Origin: an uncultured Trueperaceae bacterium
Lineage (GTDB): Bacteria; Deinococcota; Deinococci; Deinococcales; Trueperaceae
NCBI GenBank assembly: GCA_963799485.1
Contig: CAWCXJ010000006.1
Coordinates: forward strand, 544,001 to 608,000
Reading direction: 5' to 3'
Length of the DNA: 64,000 nt
Shown in pieces: positions 60,249 to 64,000 of this stretch. Position numbers and translations under genes: made by a program. The number at the start of each line of letters is the position of its first letter. The first letter of the stretch is position 1. The notes below the pieces were generated by a model that saw only the letters and a program-made list of their open reading frames with translations, was not told the DNA's origin and made no database searches.

Positions 60249-63217
60249 CAGAGATCGCCCCCCTCGGGCCGTTCGCGCGTAGGCAAAACGTAATCGTCTC
60301 TTGCCCATTTGCGCTCGACCTCGACGCCGAGCCTCGGCGTCGGTTGTCCGTAACGCGGGTTCGTTTCGGGCAGCGGCGGAGCACCCTGGCGGCCTAGCGC
60401 CGTAAGCCTGACCGCCGTTTCTTTATATGCCGGGGTATCGCTGTCGGGGTCAACGACGCTTGCGGTAAGTATATTGACCGGCGTCTCGGACGAATTGTGC
60501 GGTACGTAAAGTTCACGCCCTGTTACCCGGTCGCTTACGAGTACGCGCAACTCGATACTGCCGCGCCGCGAGGTCAGCTGTACCCAGTCGCCACTATCAA
60601 GCTCGCGTTCGGCAGCAAGCTGAGCGGACACCTCGACAAACGTATCGGGAACCTTTGCGGTGAGGCCGACGCTCTTATAGGTCATGTTGCCTTCATGAAA
60701 ATGCTCCAAGATGCGCCCGTTGTTCAGGTGCAGATCGTAGACCTCGTCAGGCGTTTCGCTTGGACGCAACCACTCGAGCGGATAAAGCCGCGCTTTACCG
60801 TCAGGAAAGTGAAACTCGGTTTCGTATAAGAGTGGCGTGTCGGTGCCGTCTTCAGCGACGGGCCACACGAGCGACTTGTAGCCCTCGAGCCGTGGATAGC
60901 TGACCCCGGCAAAAAGCGGCGTCAATCTGGCGACCTCGTCCATAATGTCGCTCGGGTTTTTGTAACCCCAGCTGTAGCCCAGGTGCGCAGCCAGCTCGGT
61001 CAGGATTTGCCAGTCGGGTTTGGAATTGCCGAGGGGGTCTAACGCTTTGTAAAGTCGCTGAATCCGGCGTTCGGTGTTAACGAAGGTGCCCTCTTTTTCC
61101 AAGGACGGTACACCCGGCAACACCACATCGGCAAACTGTGCGGTGCGGGTCATAAAGATTTCCTGCACGACTAAAAAGTCAACTTTGCTCAGCGCCTCTT
61201 GCACGTGTTCGGCGTTGCCGTCTACGAGCGCCAGCTCTTCACCTACGACGTAGAGTGCGTGCAGCTGTCCGTCGTGAATCGCGTCTACCATCCGGAAATT
61301 GTTGAGCCCCGGTTCACTCGGGATGGTTGCACCCCACGCTTTTTCATACCGTGCCCTCGCCTCGTCGTCGCTGACTTTTTGATAGCCCGGTAGGTAGCTG
61401 TTCATCGAGCCGAAGTCGCTACAACCCTGCACGTTGTTGTGACCGCGCAGCGGGTACGCGCCGGTGCCGGGACGCCCGTAGTTGCCGGTGACGAGCAGCA
61501 GGTTGGAAATCGCCGTCGAGGTGTTCGAGCCGCCGTAGTGCTGCGTGACGCCCATCGCCCAGAGACCGCAGGCACTCTTTGCCGCCGCAATCTCCTCGGC
61601 GACCGTCTTGAGCGTCTCTTGGCTCAGGCCGGTAATTTTTTCGGCGTACTCCAACGTAAACTCCGCCAGACTCTCCCGGTATTCGTCCAGTTGGTTCACC
61701 CGCTCCCGCAAAAAGGCTTTGTCTTCTAAACCATTGTCCAAAATGTACTTGGTCACTGCTGAGAGCCACACCAAGTCGGTACCGGGATTAGGGCGCATAA
61801 AGATGTCGGCGCGGCGCGCCATCTCGTGTTCCAAGAGGTCGGCGACGATGACCTTTTGCCCGTGCAGTTTGTGTGAGCGTTTGATTCGCGTCGCTAAAAC
61901 CGGGTGCGCGTCGCAAGTATTTGACCCGACGATAAAGACCAGCTCGGCCTGTTCGATGTCCTTGATCGTGCCCGAATCGCCGCCGTACCCGACCGTGCGC
62001 CATAACCCGGTTGTCGCCGGGGCCTGGCAGTAGCGCGAATCGTTATCGACGTTGTTGTTGCCGAAAATGGCGCGGGCCAGCTTTTGCACCAGATATGACT
62101 CTTCGTTGGTACACTTCGACGAGGCGATAAACGCGGTGCTGTCGTCGCCGTACTGCTGCTTCGTTTCCAACAGCCGTTTGGCTACGAGCGTCAACGCTTC
62201 GTCCCAGCTCGCTTCACGAAAACTATCCCCTTCACGGATCAGCGGCGTGGTGAGGCGTTCGTCGCTGCTCACATAATCCCAACCGAATTTGCCTTTGACA
62301 CACGTCGAGATGCTGTTAGCAGGGCCTTCTAGCTGTGGCTCGATTTTGAGGATTTTACGGCCTTTTGTCCAAACGTCGAACGAGCAGCCGACGCCGCAAT
62401 AGGTGCAGACCGTTTTGGTCTTTTTGACGTCTTCATGGCGCAGCTTTGCTTCGGCGTCGGACAAGGCCATAATCGGCGCGTAACCGGTGTAGGGTTCAAC
62501 CGACTTGACAAGTTCGATGGCCGGTTCGCGGACGCTCCGGGGCAGGCCCGTAAAGTAGCCCGCCTCACCGATCATCGGTTTTTCCATCAGTGCGTTACAT
62601 GGACACACCGTAATGCAGTGACCACACGAAACGCACGACGAATCGTTAATCGCTGCGCCGCCGTCCCACAAAACGCGCGGGTGCTCGGCTTCCCAGTCGA
62701 TGGTGAGCGTTTCATTGACCTGGACATTTTGGCACGCCTCGACGCAGCGTCCACAGAGGATGCACTGGTCGGGGTCGTACTGATAAAACGGGTTGCTTTT
62801 GTCTACCTCGTAGGGCTTCGGAGTAAAAGGGTATTTTTGATTCTCGAGCCCCAAGAGCTTGGTCGCGTTATGGACGTCGCAGTCGCCGTTGTTACGGTCG
62901 CAGATAGTGCAGTAGAGGTCGTGGTTTCCAAGCAAGCGGTGCATCGCCTCTTGCCGCGCGGCGACGGCCCTGGGCGCTGCCGTCTGCACCCTGAGCCCCG
63001 CCTGAACCGGGATACCACACGCACGTTGCAAGGTTCCATTGATCTCGACCGAACAGGTATCACAAGTTTGTAATGGCCCGAGCGCCGGATGATAGCAGAC
63101 GTGGGCGACGCCCGACTGCAACCGCTCTAAAACCTCGGTCAGCGGTTCACCCTCACGCGCACTAACTGTTTGCCCATCAACCTCTAAAGTAACCTCAGCA
63201 CCGTAATTTTGCAGCAT
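60248..63217 (-). CDS. fdhF: Formate dehydrogenase alpha subunit (YjgC/YrhE type)
   Basis: 2Fe-2S and 4Fe-4S Cys motifs, CTYCGVGC, CVKGKFG, SRYCQ and RGHNNVQG. Confidence 0.93.
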   Translation of the reverse strand: MLQNYGAEVTLEVDGQTVSAREGEPLTEVLERLQSGVAHVCYHPALGPLQTCDTCSVEINGTLQRACGIPVQAGLRVQTAAPRAVAARQEAMHRLLGNHDLYCTICDRNNGDCDVHNATKLLGLENQKYPFTPKPYEVDKSNPFYQYDPDQCILCGRCVEACQNVQVNETLTIDWEAEHPRVLWDGGAAINDSSCVSCGHCITVCPCNALMEKPMIGEAGYFTGLPRSVREPAIELVKSVEPYTGYAPIMALSDAEAKLRHEDVKKTKTVCTYCGVGCSFDVWTKGRKILKIEPQLEGPANSISTCVKGKFGWDYVSSDERLTTPLIREGDSFREASWDEALTLVAKRLLETKQQYGDDSTAFIASSKCTNEESYLVQKLARAIFGNNNVDNDSRYCQAPATTGLWRTVGYGGDSGTIKDIEQAELVFIVGSNTCDAHPVLATRIKRSHKLHGQKVIVADLLEHEMARRADIFMRPNPGTDLVWLSAVTKYILDNGLEDKAFLRERVNQLDEYRESLAEFTLEYAEKITGLSQETLKTVAEEIAAAKSACGLWAMGVTQHYGGSNTSTAISNLLLVTGNYGRPGTGAYPLRGHNNVQGCSDFGSMNSYLPGYQKVSDDEARARYEKAWGATIPSEPGLNNFRMVDAIHDGQLHALYVVGEELALVDGNAEHVQEALSKVDFLVVQEIFMTRTAQFADVVLPGVPSLEKEGTFVNTERRIQRLYKALDPLGNSKPDWQILTELAAHLGYSWGYKNPSDIMDEVARLTPLFAGVSYPRLEGYKSLVWPVAEDGTDTPLLYETEFHFPDGKARLYPLEWLRPSETPDEVYDLHLNNGRILEHFHEGNMTYKSVGLTAKVPDTFVEVSAQLAAERELDSGDWVQLTSRRGSIELRVLVSDRVTGRELYVPHNSSETPVNILTASVVDPDSDTPAYKETAVRLTALGRQGAPPLPETNPRYGQPTPRLGVEVERKWARDDYVLPTRERPEGGDL

Positions 63218-63406
63218 AGTGTTTTCATCCCCTAAAACTGTCGCTTAAAGTTGTCGCTCCTCACGCCGTGTAGCTCTTTGGATTCTAGCGCGTAACATTC
63301 TGGGAGAGCTGACTTCGTCTCACTATTCACTATTGCAGCGTCGGACTGCACCCGGGAGGCTCGAGACCTCTCGGAAAGAACCAACTCGGTGCGTGCCGGA
63401 GAGGGT

Positions 63407-64000
63407 CTACGCCCCGGCGCGGGCGAGTGGGAGCGGATCAACTGGTAACGTCACATGAAACGCCGCGCCCCCTTGTGGGCGGTTACGCGCTTCGACGCGG
63501 CCCCCGTGCAGTTCGACGAGCGTATGAACGATAGCGAGACCCAGACCGCTGCCGCCGCCACTTCTGCTACGGCTCGTTTCGGCGCGGTAAAACCGCTCGA
63601 AGATGTGCGCCTGGGCCTCGGCTGAAAGACCCGGCCCGGAATCCTCGACGCTCAGCTCCGCGCCGCCGGGGGGTGCGGCGACCGACACCCTGACCCAACC
63701 GCCGGAAGGGGTGTAGCGCACGGCGTTCTCGAGCAGATTGGTCAACACCTGGGCGAGCCGGTCGGGGTCGGCCTGTAGGGGTGCGTGCGGCGTCGCGGCG
63801 TAAAACGCGAGTGTCAACCCCTGCCGCGCCGCCTTTTCCCGGAAGCTCTCGCACACGCGCCGGGCGATCCTTACAAGGTCGGTTTCGACGCGCTCCAAAG
63901 TCAGGCGTTTGGCGTCGGCAAGCGACAGCGTGCGGAGGTCGTCGATGAGGCGGGCCAAAAGTTCGGTCTGCGCGTCGAGCTTGGCGAGCTCGGAACGGTC
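63407..64000 (-). CDS. Sensor histidine kinase, C-terminal part (runs off the window end)
   Basis: QVL.NLL.NA.RY, D.GPG, FERFYR and GSGLGLAI. Confidence 0.92.
   Translation of the reverse strand, partial: DRSELAKLDAQTELLARLIDDLRTLSLADAKRLTLERVETDLVRIARRVCESFREKAARQGLTLAFYAATPHAPLQADPDRLAQVLTNLLENAVRYTPSGGWVRVSVAAPPGGAELSVEDSGPGLSAEAQAHIFERFYRAETSRSRSGGGSGLGLAIVHTLVELHGGRVEARNRPQGGAAFHVTLPVDPLPLARAGA

Overview
Chromosomal window from a GC-rich bacterium, most likely Deinococcota (Trueperaceae-like). This is inferred from a stand-alone 16S gene, many leaderless genes with a TANNNT -10 box just before the start codon, and gene content such as bshB1 and a DdrA/Rad52-like gene. Layout: (1) 1-7.5 kb, a partly decayed heavy-metal island (two P1B ATPases, CDF, ZIP, CadC, DUF411, truncated CaCA and lspA); (2) housekeeping and transport genes; (3) an uncharacterised three-gene operon at 19.2-21.4 kb encoding a Nal1-like trypsin protease, a helical/beta-rich protein of unknown function and a stand-alone copy of the protease's N-terminal domain, which is the best candidate for a new system; (4) an unlinked 16S rRNA gene with a duplicated promoter/leader; (5) a scrambled dioxygenase locus whose inserted iscS fragment is bounded exactly by CTCGAG; (6) a candidate sRNA with 16 nt of complementarity to the 16S 3' end; (7) a LexA-Rad52-zinc finger cassette; (8) an orphan YcaO-deacetylase pair; (9) a dead integron integrase and an IS982; (10) a formate/molybdoenzyme cluster. 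Two short motifs, CTCGAG and CCGTAAAA, look strongly over-represented. All calls come from reading the sequence and recognising motifs. No database searches were run, and motif counts are by eye.
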